From IMG/VR virus record IMGVR_UViG_3300005573_000146, positions 1 through 43,511 of that record: a stretch of DNA of 43,511 nucleotides; one strand, given 5' to 3'. Position 1 is the stretch's first letter. Each line of letters begins with the position of its first letter. A program made the position numbers and the translations under genes. The DNA comes from a virus (lineage: Duplodnaviria > Caudoviricetes). Shown here in pieces: positions 15,055-23,068 of this stretch. The notes under the pieces are model-generated. The model saw nothing but the letters and a program-made list of their open reading frames with translations, ran no database searches and was not told where the DNA came from.

Positions 15055-16323
15055 ATGAAACCGCCCGCAAAGCCCCGTCCTGACTTCCCGCTCACGCCGA
15101 TCGGCAATGGGCAATGGAGAAAGGTCGTCAACGGACAGGCGTACTACTTCGGCTCGTGGCGTGATGATCCACGAGGCGAGGCCGCCCTGAAGGACTGGCT
15201 CGCCCGGAAGGATGCGATCTATGCCGGCCTGGATCATATCTCTCGACAACTCGTACCCGATCCCGCAGAGCTTACGGTGATCGAGCTTGTACGCAAGTAC
15301 CTGAAGATTCGTAGTGCTGACGTGGAAGCTGGAAACCTCTCGCCCGCCACGTTCCGCGACTACACTATCAACCTTAACGACTTCTGCAAGCACATCGGGC
15401 CGACCGCTAAGGCGTCGGGGCTCAAGCCCCAGCACTTCGCCGCGTACCGTGTCCGCCTGGATGAGAAAGGCACGCTCGGCCCCCATGCGATCAAGCGGGT
15501 TATCGCCTGCATCAAAGCCGCTTTCAACTATGCGATGGATGAAGAGTGGATCAAGCCCGTCCGCTTCGGGCGTGGCTTCATCGCTCCTGATACAAGCAGC
15601 GAAGCAATCGGCCAATGGTGTCTCCGCAAGGGCAGGGAGGACCGCACCGAGCGTATCCTGACGCGGCGGGAGATCAGGAAGCTGTTGCGTCACTCGAAGC
15701 ATGAGCCCCGCTGGCGGGCGATGGTGCTGCTGATGCTCAACACGGGCATGAACCCCGCCGAGCTTGCCCGGCTGAAGTGGAAGGAGATCGGATTCAAAGC
15801 CGGCCGCCTCCGTCGCCGTCGCTGGAAGACAGGCATCGTCCAGGAGTGCTACCTGTGGAAGCGCACCCGCAAGGCACTCGAAGCCCTGCCGCATGAGCAT
15901 GAGGATTGGGTGTTCATCCGCAAGAATGGCCAGCCCCTCGTACAACAGGTGTCGGTGAAGACTGAGGACGATACCGCCATTGCCAAAGTGAAGAACCTGA
16001 ACCGTGTCACCCGCCCCTTCCGCGACTTCGCAGAGGCGGCCGGAGTTAAGGGCATCACGCCGTACACCCTGCGACGCACTGCCCGCACCGTCGCTGCCAA
16101 TTGGCCTGATGACAACGCGGCAAAGCGGATGATGGGGCAGCGGCTCACGGGCAGGGACCATACCTATGTTAAAGGCAAGTTCCCCCTTGCCCGCCTGCAC
16201 AAGATCAGCGTGACGATCTACCGCCGCCTATTCCCAAAACCGACGCCCCCAGAAGTAGAAGTAAAGAAGGACGACGTAAAAAGCAATCGCCCCAAGGGCG
16301 GCAAGTACCCGCGAGCAGCTTAG
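15055..16323 (+). CDS. int: Tyrosine recombinase / phage integrase with variant catalytic residues
   Basis: Arm-binding N-terminus (GQWRKVVNGQAYYFG), core-binding helices, box I LMLNTGMNPAEL, box II PYTLRRT...MMGQ...HTYV. Start at ATG 15055 after GAGGAG. Confidence 0.9.
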   Translation: MKPPAKPRPDFPLTPIGNGQWRKVVNGQAYYFGSWRDDPRGEAALKDWLARKDAIYAGLDHISRQLVPDPAELTVIELVRKYLKIRSADVEAGNLSPATFRDYTINLNDFCKHIGPTAKASGLKPQHFAAYRVRLDEKGTLGPHAIKRVIACIKAAFNYAMDEEWIKPVRFGRGFIAPDTSSEAIGQWCLRKGREDRTERILTRREIRKLLRHSKHEPRWRAMVLLMLNTGMNPAELARLKWKEIGFKAGRLRRRRWKTGIVQECYLWKRTRKALEALPHEHEDWVFIRKNGQPLVQQVSVKTEDDTAIAKVKNLNRVTRPFRDFAEAAGVKGITPYTLRRTARTVAANWPDDNAAKRMMGQRLTGRDHTYVKGKFPLARLHKISVTIYRRLFPKPTPPEVEVKKDDVKSNRPKGGKYPRAA

Positions 16324-16595
16324 CCGGCGATCTTTCGCGTTGGGGGCGGCGGCCATGCAACTACCTCCGCTTCTACTATCGGCCTGTTGCGTGTCCGCCT
16401 TTTGCCTGTCTCTTTCGGCGCGACAAAAACGGGCTGGACCTGGAACAACGCGGCGGAGTCGATCCGATAAATCCGCTTCCGGCCCAGCCCGTAATTGACA
16501 GCGGGCAGCTTGCCCGCGTCGATGAGACGCCTGATTGTGCGGGGGTGAACCTTTGCCCGTTCCGCCGCTTCCCGTTCCGTCAACAACTCAGACAT
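16320..16595 (-). CDS. xis: Excisionase / HTH_17 DNA-binding protein
   Basis: MSELLTEREAAERAKVHPRTIRRLIDAGKLPA...YRID; GGAGG RBS; convergent with int. Confidence 0.85.
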   Translation of the reverse strand: MSELLTEREAAERAKVHPRTIRRLIDAGKLPAVNYGLGRKRIYRIDSAALFQVQPVFVAPKETGKRRTRNRPIVEAEVVAWPPPPTRKIAG

Positions 16596-16626
16596 ACACC
16601 CTCCGAACAACAAAGAGGGCGAGGCG

Positions 16627-16821
16627 TCACGCGACGCCCCGATCGAGGACGTTCTTCTCATCGCCCTTCACGCAGAGCGCGGCCAACAATCGCGCGACGC
16701 GCATCTCCGTGAAGAACTGGCCCAGAGTCTTGCGCTTCTCCTTCGGCAGCGCAAGCTCATAGGCTCGCAGCCGATCCCGGAGCGTGGTAAGCAGGTCATT
16801 CTGGGATACAGAGGTTTCCAT
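16627..16821 (-). pseudogene. N-terminal stub of an N6-adenine DNA methyltransferase
   Basis: RKTLGQFFT...VARLLA...NVLD is the motif X to motif I lead-in. It breaks off where DP.xGxG should follow. Confidence 0.75.
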
Positions 16822-18694
16822 TTCGCATGAAGCGCGCTTCTAGCAACCTGTAAAACTGCTCAGCGTCCAAGGGTGGCGCGGCGTGGCCCACCATGTATCT
16901 GGCTATGAAGCGTGAATAAAGCCGCTGCGGCGAACGCTCGTCGTTGTTCGTTGACCGCACCGCATGGAAGACGAGGTCGTGGATTACGCTCGCGCAGGAA
17001 TCCAGTGCTTGCGGCCGAGTGGTGGGCGCGGGGCGCAGGAGCAGCAGGGCGTCACCCTTGGCATGGTTTGCAGTGGTCACCTGCTTGAAACTCCCTTGTC
17101 TCTTGTCGAGGATGCTGGCTTCGGACACGGCGAAACCCGAAGCCTTGAAGGTGTTCACAAGCGCCTGCCATACGGAGGCCTGCGTCGAGTGAAACGCCAC
17201 AGTGGCGAGGCCCGATGGCTTGAGAATGCGTCGGAATTCGCTGAAGCACTTGGTCAACAGCGCTTGGTACCCGCCCACATCCTTGCCCTGCGCAGGACTA
17301 ACAATGGCCTCGTCCGAAGTTTCCGTCAGCTTCCCGAGCCATGCCTCGCTGATGTAGTTGGCTTCACTATACGGAATGTTGCCACCGAACGGCGGATCGG
17401 TGAAAACGTAGTCCACCGATCCGTCTGGCAGATCGGTGGCTATGCTCGACCCCTGCACGACCCTCACGTCTCCCTCAAGTGCCTGCACTTCAGCGAAAGC
17501 TTGGCTGATGGTGGTGAGCTTCCGGCGAAGGCCTCTGAACACGTTCTTCTCGACCGGCAGGGCGCTCACATACAAGACACCAGGCTGGTTGCTCGTTACG
17601 ACCAGATCATCTGTGTTCTTCTTTGCCACAACGCGCGTCATGATCGTTGAATGCGATGCGTTATAGCTGGACAACCAGAACTCCAACGCTTGTCTGATCG
17701 GCCCTACTTCCTGGCCGACCAGTTCATTCAAGGCCGCCATGGCGATGAGGTTCCGGCGGGTGTAAAACTGGTGGACGTGGGTAATCCCCTCATGGTAGCC
17801 GGCGCGGTATAAATCACCCCATCTCATCGCAGCAACTGGAAATGCACGCGGGACCAGCTCTTCTTGAATCCGCTTTAGAAGTTTTAGGTCGCTCGCAACC
17901 GGCGAACGCGCCCATGTACGCCGGCCGGTGACTCCATATACTCGTGCCACACGACGTAGGCGGGTGGTAACTTCCTGGGCGAGTACATCATCCAAGGTGG
18001 TCGTCTTTCGACGTGCGGCCGCATCGACATCCTGCTGTTTGTGGCACTTGCGGCAGGTGAACTGACTGCCGATGTTGGCAGGTTCCAGAGAGACGCAGCC
18101 TTCCCAAAAGGTGTTGTCGGAGCCACAATGACCGCACACAAGCACGTCCGTCCAGATGATGTGACGAACCTCACCAACACGGCCCTGGTCGTCTTCTGCC
18201 TGGTAGATCCAGCCGTAGCGGGTTTCCGCTTGCCGCAAGACGGCTTCGGCCCTCCGACGAAACAGGTCAGGATCGATCCGCAACGTCAGTGTTCGTCCGA
18301 TAAAGGCACCTAAGCCGCTAAGCTCGTAGACCACCACGTTGCGCGAGCCCCATCGGGGAGCAAGACCGAGCGACTTGGCCTTGGACCGTAACTCATCCGG
18401 GGGATTTGAGCACAACAGGGCCCCAATCGCTGTCGTTCCACTCCCCCCAAAACCGTCGAAGACCACATCCCCTGGCTTTGTGTGGCATGCGATCAGCAAC
18501 GCAATGGCGACAGGATCGATCTTCGTCGGGTATGGATGCGCGCAAAACAGTGCGCCGCCACGACTTGAAGTCAACGGCACGGAGTAGACGGATAAGTCAA
18601 CGTCAGGACTATTTGCCCGTTGGGGCAAACAGTCCGGCCTCGCAGGCAGTTTCGACGCCTCCACAACTCGTTCCGCTGATGTCAGTTCTGGCAT
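16796..18694 (-). CDS. DNA amino-methyltransferase (N6A/N4C) with Zn-ribbon insertion
   Basis: HPYPTK, motif I FDGFGGSGTT, CGHC...CRKC, motif IV DYVFTDPPF, EFRRILKPSG. Start likely MPELTS at 18694. Confidence 0.88.
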   Translation of the reverse strand: MPELTSAERVVEASKLPARPDCLPQRANSPDVDLSVYSVPLTSSRGGALFCAHPYPTKIDPVAIALLIACHTKPGDVVFDGFGGSGTTAIGALLCSNPPDELRSKAKSLGLAPRWGSRNVVVYELSGLGAFIGRTLTLRIDPDLFRRRAEAVLRQAETRYGWIYQAEDDQGRVGEVRHIIWTDVLVCGHCGSDNTFWEGCVSLEPANIGSQFTCRKCHKQQDVDAAARRKTTTLDDVLAQEVTTRLRRVARVYGVTGRRTWARSPVASDLKLLKRIQEELVPRAFPVAAMRWGDLYRAGYHEGITHVHQFYTRRNLIAMAALNELVGQEVGPIRQALEFWLSSYNASHSTIMTRVVAKKNTDDLVVTSNQPGVLYVSALPVEKNVFRGLRRKLTTISQAFAEVQALEGDVRVVQGSSIATDLPDGSVDYVFTDPPFGGNIPYSEANYISEAWLGKLTETSDEAIVSPAQGKDVGGYQALLTKCFSEFRRILKPSGLATVAFHSTQASVWQALVNTFKASGFAVSEASILDKRQGSFKQVTTANHAKGDALLLLRPAPTTRPQALDSCASVIHDLVFHAVRSTNNDERSPQRLYSRFIARYMVGHAAPPLDAEQFYRLLEARFMRNGNLCIPE

Positions 18695-18835
18695 TCTCTC
18701 AACTCTCCGAAGAATTCTTCCACGACCCCCTTGACAACCACAGTTGTCATGTCGTATATTTCCCTTGTCCTCCTTGCCGGTAGAAGGTCTGCGCGTAAGC
18801 AGACGCAAGTTAAAAGTATACCACAAGAAAGCGTC

Positions 18836-19041
18836 TCGTACTTGCGCCGCCAGGTGTAAAAGGTGGGCTCCGACACCCCGTGGGCCCGACAGAGCTCCCC
18901 GATCGTCTTCACCCCTTTCTGCGCCTCCTGCAAAATCCCGATGATCTGTTCCTCACTGAACCGCTTGCGATTCATCGCTCCCTCTTTCTTCAAGAGGGGA
19001 TTCTATACTTTCCGCTGGCCCGGTTTTCGGGGAGCAGGTCA
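18836..19041 (-). mobile_element. IS3-family remnant: left inverted repeat and truncated orfA
   Basis: Minus strand begins TGACCTGCTCCCCG at 19041. MNRKRFSEEQIIGILQEA...LCRAHGVSEPTFYTWRRKY (HTH_Tnp_1) ends abruptly, with no orfB and no right end. Confidence 0.85.
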
Positions 19042-19062
19042 CAGGGGCGACGGGGTTCTTCT

Positions 19063-19260
19063 TCAGCAGTCTTCTTGCACCTCGCGGAGTGACTCGTTGT
19101 CGAAGTGGTCGAAACTGTCCGTCGTGAACCGCACGCGCGTCATCGGCGTAAGCCCGCGCTCTTTGAACCACTCGTCGTCGAGCACAATCCCATCCCGCTC
19201 CATGTCGTGGCCGTAGGCCGCCAGCATCTCATCGACTGTCATCGTTTGTTTTTGTCGCAT
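19063..19260 (-). CDS. Small acidic hypothetical protein (early region)
   Basis: 65 aa with an AAAGGA RBS. Confidence 0.55.
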   Translation of the reverse strand: MRQKQTMTVDEMLAAYGHDMERDGIVLDDEWFKERGLTPMTRVRFTTDSFDHFDNESLREVQEDC

Positions 19261-19310
19261 GTTTTTCTATCCTTTTGTTAGTTAATTAGATTATACCGTT
19301 CCAGGCACCC

Positions 19311-19652
19311 TCATTTGAAGAAAGACCAACCCTGACCCTGACCCGTCAGTGCCTGGAGGACTGCTGCCCTCGCCTCGGCTCGATTACGCCCACGAACGAA
19401 GACACGGATGGGGGGGTCGTTCTGCGTGGTATCAGGCGAGAACGCGCACCACACTGACCCGCTCTCCGATCCCCCGCCCCAATACGCCCCGCCCGTGTCA
19501 TAATCGCCTGACACAAACCGCAGGCGTTGCAAGTGGAGGCGTTCGGGCGTCCCCTCGACCTGGCTACGCCTCCCCATATCAGCCCCGCGGATGCTGCAGC
19601 CCCTGTTACAGGGCAACGCCAGTATCTTGTTGATGTCGGGTGTGCTCATCAT
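19311..19652 (-). CDS. Hypothetical phage early protein
   Basis: RGADMGR...LQRLR...GDYDTGGAYWG...FVRGRNRAEA resembles a recurring uncharacterised phage family; GGAG RBS. Confidence 0.7.
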   Translation of the reverse strand: MMSTPDINKILALPCNRGCSIRGADMGRRSQVEGTPERLHLQRLRFVSGDYDTGGAYWGGGSESGSVWCAFSPDTTQNDPPIRVFVRGRNRAEARAAVLQALTGQGQGWSFFK

Positions 19653-19685
19653 GTTCAGCTCTCCGATAGTGAAACTACTCGTCAG

Positions 19686-20228
19686 CTAGTCGACGGGCTT
19701 GCCGTCCGCCGTGAAGAAACGCTCACCCCAATTGGCGAACATATTATCCTCGCTCTGTCGCTGTTCGAGGTTCGACTCCATCATGCGGCCGGCAACGGTG
19801 GCGAGCCCCTCCAGAGCGTGCGTCAACGTCTTCCCACCGTTCAATGCCGCCCACGTTTCTTCCAGGAGAACATCGTCCGCATAGTAGCCAGTCAACCCGC
19901 ACACTCCAGGGAACCGGACACGGCCGTTCTCACTCACGTAACCGAGCGGGCAGAGAACGTTCCGAAGAAACCACTCGCGGTCACGCTCATGATCGTCAAT
20001 GCCCTGCACCCTAGCGGAGCATGCAGAGTACGCCCCGATTGACCAGTCAACAAGTTTGCCGCCGCAACGGTCTACAACCGCTCTGAGGCTGGCAAACGTC
20101 TCATCAGCCCAAGGAGTGTCGCTGGTGCGGGCGACAAGATCGGCCCATTGTTCATGCACTCTTTTGACGGCGACAGGGAACATGCGACTCAACTCCGCCA
20201 GATTGTAGACCGTCACTTGTTTACTCAT
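19686..20228 (-). CDS. Hypothetical phage early protein
   Basis: Start refined to MSKQVTVYNLAEL (ATG 20228, GAGAGGG RBS); first gene after the leftward promoter. Confidence 0.7.
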   Translation of the reverse strand: MSKQVTVYNLAELSRMFPVAVKRVHEQWADLVARTSDTPWADETFASLRAVVDRCGGKLVDWSIGAYSACSARVQGIDDHERDREWFLRNVLCPLGYVSENGRVRFPGVCGLTGYYADDVLLEETWAALNGGKTLTHALEGLATVAGRMMESNLEQRQSEDNMFANWGERFFTADGKPVD

Positions 20229-20298
20229 ATCTACCCTCTCACAGTTAGTGAAACCACAGGCCAGCCCCAGCCGTGGCCGGGGGCGGGCGTGTGAGGAC

Positions 20299-20327
20299 AT
20301 TATGCACTACGTTCGGCGAGCGGTCAA
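20299..20327 (-). promoter_or_regulatory. Leftward early promoter
   Basis: Minus strand TTGACC-17 bp-CATAAT. Confidence 0.65.
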
Positions 20328-20375
20328 ATACGCTGACTATCTATCCAAACTGTAAGCGAGGGCTAGCGTAGGGCA

Positions 20376-20676
20376 ACGTCACAACGTCACATAGTACGTC
20401 ACATACGTCACACGTTCATAAGCTCAGCGGACGCAATGGGTTATCATTTGGGCATGTGACGTTGTGACGTATGTGACGTTCACTCCTATTTCCAGAGCAA
20501 AGAGGATGTAAGGGAGAGAAGGAAGGAAAGAAGGAAAGAAAGTATATATATAGAGAGAGAGAGATGGCGGACAACGTCACATACGTCACAACGTCACATA
20601 GGGCAAACGCAAGCATTGAACGCATAACAGGTTACATCAATCGGCAGGATGTGACGTTGCATGTGACGTGTGACGT
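20376..20676. repeat. 13 copies of ACGTCACA in four clusters of alternating orientation (iteron-like; candidate origin)
   Basis: Plus copies start at 20376, 20384, 20396, 20405; minus at 20455, 20463, 20472; plus at 20574, 20583, 20591; minus at 20650, 20662, 20669. A purine tract and (TA)n(GA)n run lie in the centre. Confidence 0.9.
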
Positions 20677-21174
20677 GCTCGGCCAAAAACGGTAGTCAAA
20701 GATGACAAATAACGCCCGTTCTCGCCCTGGGGAGCTGCTACTATCGCCACTCGACGCCCTCCCCGCTCGCCTATTTCGTTCTTTGCCTTGCGCCTGTCCA
20801 GGCGTTCCAGGGCGAGGGCTGGCCGTCGCCCTGCCCTTCGCCCTGATCTCCTGGGCGAGCGGGAACACGAGCGATAGTATCGCCGTCCAGTATCGCCTAC
20901 AACTCTCTCTTCCCTAAGTCTTGTAATAGCACCACTTAGCGTCAGGCAGGCAATGGATACGTAGACCATTGCCGGTCCCATAACCACGATCTCCGCACAT
21001 CCCGCCCAGCAAGCTTGCGATACCCGCCGGTCCCACCCTTGTGTCCCGGCCCGGCCCGAGTGATTCTTTTCATCTGTCGCCCCCCGCGTAACTTACATTC
21101 AACTTTGACAACTTTGACTAGGCAATAAAGTGCTAAACTGGACAACTTTGACTAGCAAAATCCGTGCCGTGGAT

Positions 21175-21203
21175 TTGCCACCCGCCCGTTTTTGTGGTAT
21201 AAT
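21175..21203 (+). promoter_or_regulatory. Rightward promoter heading the packaging/structural arm
   Basis: TTGCCA-cccgcccgtttttgtgg(17)-TATAAT with extended -10. Confidence 0.75.
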
Positions 21204-21301
21204 TCTGCTTTCCGATCCCATGTTTCCATCCGGAGGCGATATGCGCCTGTAACACGCGGAGTTCCTCGGGACGTGGGCTTTCGTGTGGTGGAGGCCGTAG
21301 C

Positions 21302-21922
21302 GTGACGTGGAGGCTTGAACGGCTGGAGTCCCGCTGTCTCATGTCCATGCCCCTCGACCTAGAGGGCGTGGACGATCTCGTATTGTGCGGGATTAACATC
21401 GTCGGAGGGGCCAACAACATTAGCCTTTTCGACAGCCGCCGCGTCACGATCCTTGGCGGCCGGCTCATGTCCCCCAAGGGCGAGCCTGGTGCCGACAACC
21501 ACAACCTCCTGCTCAATAACACCCGCAATGTTGTCGTGCGGGATGTGCTCATGGGCTCCGTCCGCCCCCGTGGCGACGCGATCTCCGTTTACAATTCCAG
21601 CCGAGTCGTAATCGACGGCGTGCGGATCAGCGGGCCGTTCGACATGAAGACCGACAAGGCGGCGGACATCGTGATTGACGGGACGGGCAAGGGCGGCCAC
21701 GGGGACATCATCCGAAACGTGCGGGTCAAGAAGATCGTGATTGCAGCGGGCGGGTTTCACCGGCTGGAGAACGTGCGAGCCGTGACAGTGGAGATCAGCG
21801 GTGCCGCGTACTCGGGCAATCCCCGTCGGCTCGTGCATGACATCACGATACGCCACAGCATCATCAAGCACCTGTGGATCGACGGGCAGACCGTGAAGCG
21901 AGTGATGAGGATAGCAGCATAA
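21302..21922 (+). CDS. Right-handed beta-helix protein with an N-terminal LEPR-XLL-like (planctomycete extracellular) motif
   Basis: N-terminus WRLERLESRCLMS; repeats such as NVVVRDV, RVVIDGVRI, IIRNVRV, DITIRHS and GDAISV; GGAGG RBS before GTG. Confidence 0.7.
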   Translation: MTWRLERLESRCLMSMPLDLEGVDDLVLCGINIVGGANNISLFDSRRVTILGGRLMSPKGEPGADNHNLLLNNTRNVVVRDVLMGSVRPRGDAISVYNSSRVVIDGVRISGPFDMKTDKAADIVIDGTGKGGHGDIIRNVRVKKIVIAAGGFHRLENVRAVTVEISGAAYSGNPRRLVHDITIRHSIIKHLWIDGQTVKRVMRIAA

Positions 21923-22044
21923 AACCGGGCTTAGACCGGCGGGATCTCGGGTCTCCCCCGCCGGCTACCCCGGTCATCGGAGGCGTCTATGTGGCCTTGG
22001 GACGATGACTGGCAGGACGATCTGCCATCGGAAGACGGGGCGAC

Positions 22045-22230
22045 ATGAACGGAAAAGGCGACAAGCGGCGGCCTTGCCTCGTTTCTTACGGGCAGTATGC
22101 CGCGAATTGGGATCAGGCTTTCGGGAAGGAGAAAACATGCAAGGGCGATTTGTTCGCATTGAGTTCTATTCCGCTGACGCACAGGCCGCCGCAGCCGTCA
22201 AGCTCTATGACGAAGACGGAAACGAAGTGA
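22045..22230 (+). CDS. Small hypothetical phage protein
   Basis: MNGKGDKRRP...YAANWDQAFGK resembles a recurring small phage peptide family. The tail overlaps the next gene. Confidence 0.5.
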   Translation: MNGKGDKRRPCLVSYGQYAANWDQAFGKEKTCKGDLFALSSIPLTHRPPQPSSSMTKTETK

Positions 22231-22529
22231 CGCTCGCGGCCAACGAGCGGCTGTTGATCGACACGCTTAACTTGTTCGGCGTCGCTGCCGTCACGTCTGC
22301 GATCCTGTTCGACGACCGGGCCGCCAACGGCACCCCGGCGGCGGGCGAGTACATCGCCGTCTTCGGCAACGGCAGCAACCACTTCGAGGGCGGCCCCGAG
22401 GGATTCGCATGCATGAAGGGGGCGGCCCCCAAGGTCAAGGCGGCTGCCGCCGGCATTGTCTCCGTGTCTGGCTCCGGGCACATCATCCAGAACGGCGATA
22501 GCAGCGCGGCCCAGACCTGGAAGGCATGA
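22137..22529 (+). CDS. Hypothetical beta-rich protein, possibly virion-associated
   Basis: Start refined to MQGRFVRIEF (AAGGAG RBS); Ala/Gly/Val-rich. Confidence 0.65.
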   Translation: MQGRFVRIEFYSADAQAAAAVKLYDEDGNEVTLAANERLLIDTLNLFGVAAVTSAILFDDRAANGTPAAGEYIAVFGNGSNHFEGGPEGFACMKGAAPKVKAAAAGIVSVSGSGHIIQNGDSSAAQTWKA

Positions 22530-22532
22530 GCG

Positions 22533-22931
22533 ATGGCGGCACCCACGAAGCTCAGCACGAAAGCCCTCACTCGTTACCTCAACGAGATGGGGGCTCTCGT
22601 GCATACGGTGGACGATGAGGGCAACCCGATCTCTCGGGAACAGGCTCTCGCTGATCTGCTGTGGAAGAAAGCCCTCGGCTATACGGAGATGGGCCGGGAC
22701 GACGACGGCAATCGGTGTGAAGTCGTCCACAAGCCCGAGGCGTGGGCGATGCAGTACATCTTTGAGCGTCGCGAGGGCAAGGCCCCCGCGGCTGTGCAGA
22801 CCGAGGACGCTGACCGCATCCGGGCTGCGGACAAGGTGCGGGAATTGGCCAGGGAACGGCTGAACAAGCTCGCCGCCGCGAAAGCTGGACCGAGCGGACC
22901 CCCGACATACAAACCGAAAGGATCGGCATGA
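22533..22931 (+). CDS. Putative terminase small subunit
   Basis: Helical 132-aa protein (LWKKALG...YIFERREGKA) just upstream of the terminase large subunit. Confidence 0.6.
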   Translation: MAAPTKLSTKALTRYLNEMGALVHTVDDEGNPISREQALADLLWKKALGYTEMGRDDDGNRCEVVHKPEAWAMQYIFERREGKAPAAVQTEDADRIRAADKVRELARERLNKLAAAKAGPSGPPTYKPKGSA

Positions 22932-23068
22932 AGTTCCGACGACTGGCGTTCTGGTGTCTGACTCCGATCACTGTCCCGGTCTTGATCGCGTCGTGCACCA
23001 TGGTCGGTGTGGCTCAGGCGGTCATTGACGAACTCGACAGCTACGAGCGATGGCCGTTTAGGTTCTAA
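22928..23068 (+). CDS. 46-aa membrane / putative lipoprotein
   Basis: Not in the ORF track. MKFRRLAFWCLTPITVPVLIASCTMVGVAQAVIDELDSYERWPFRF; ATGA overlap with the upstream gene and TAATG overlap with terL. Confidence 0.6.
   Translation: MKFRRLAFWCLTPITVPVLIASCTMVGVAQAVIDELDSYERWPFRF

Noticed and set aside
18682-18993. Intact transposase gene
   Set aside because: Similarity to IS3 orfA ends after about 47 codons. There is no DDE domain or right inverted repeat.
20376-20676. Mini-CRISPR or coding region (ORFs 20416-20987)
   Set aside because: The repeats are 8 bp with 0-4 bp gaps and alternate in orientation. The ORFs are low-complexity translations of the repeats.
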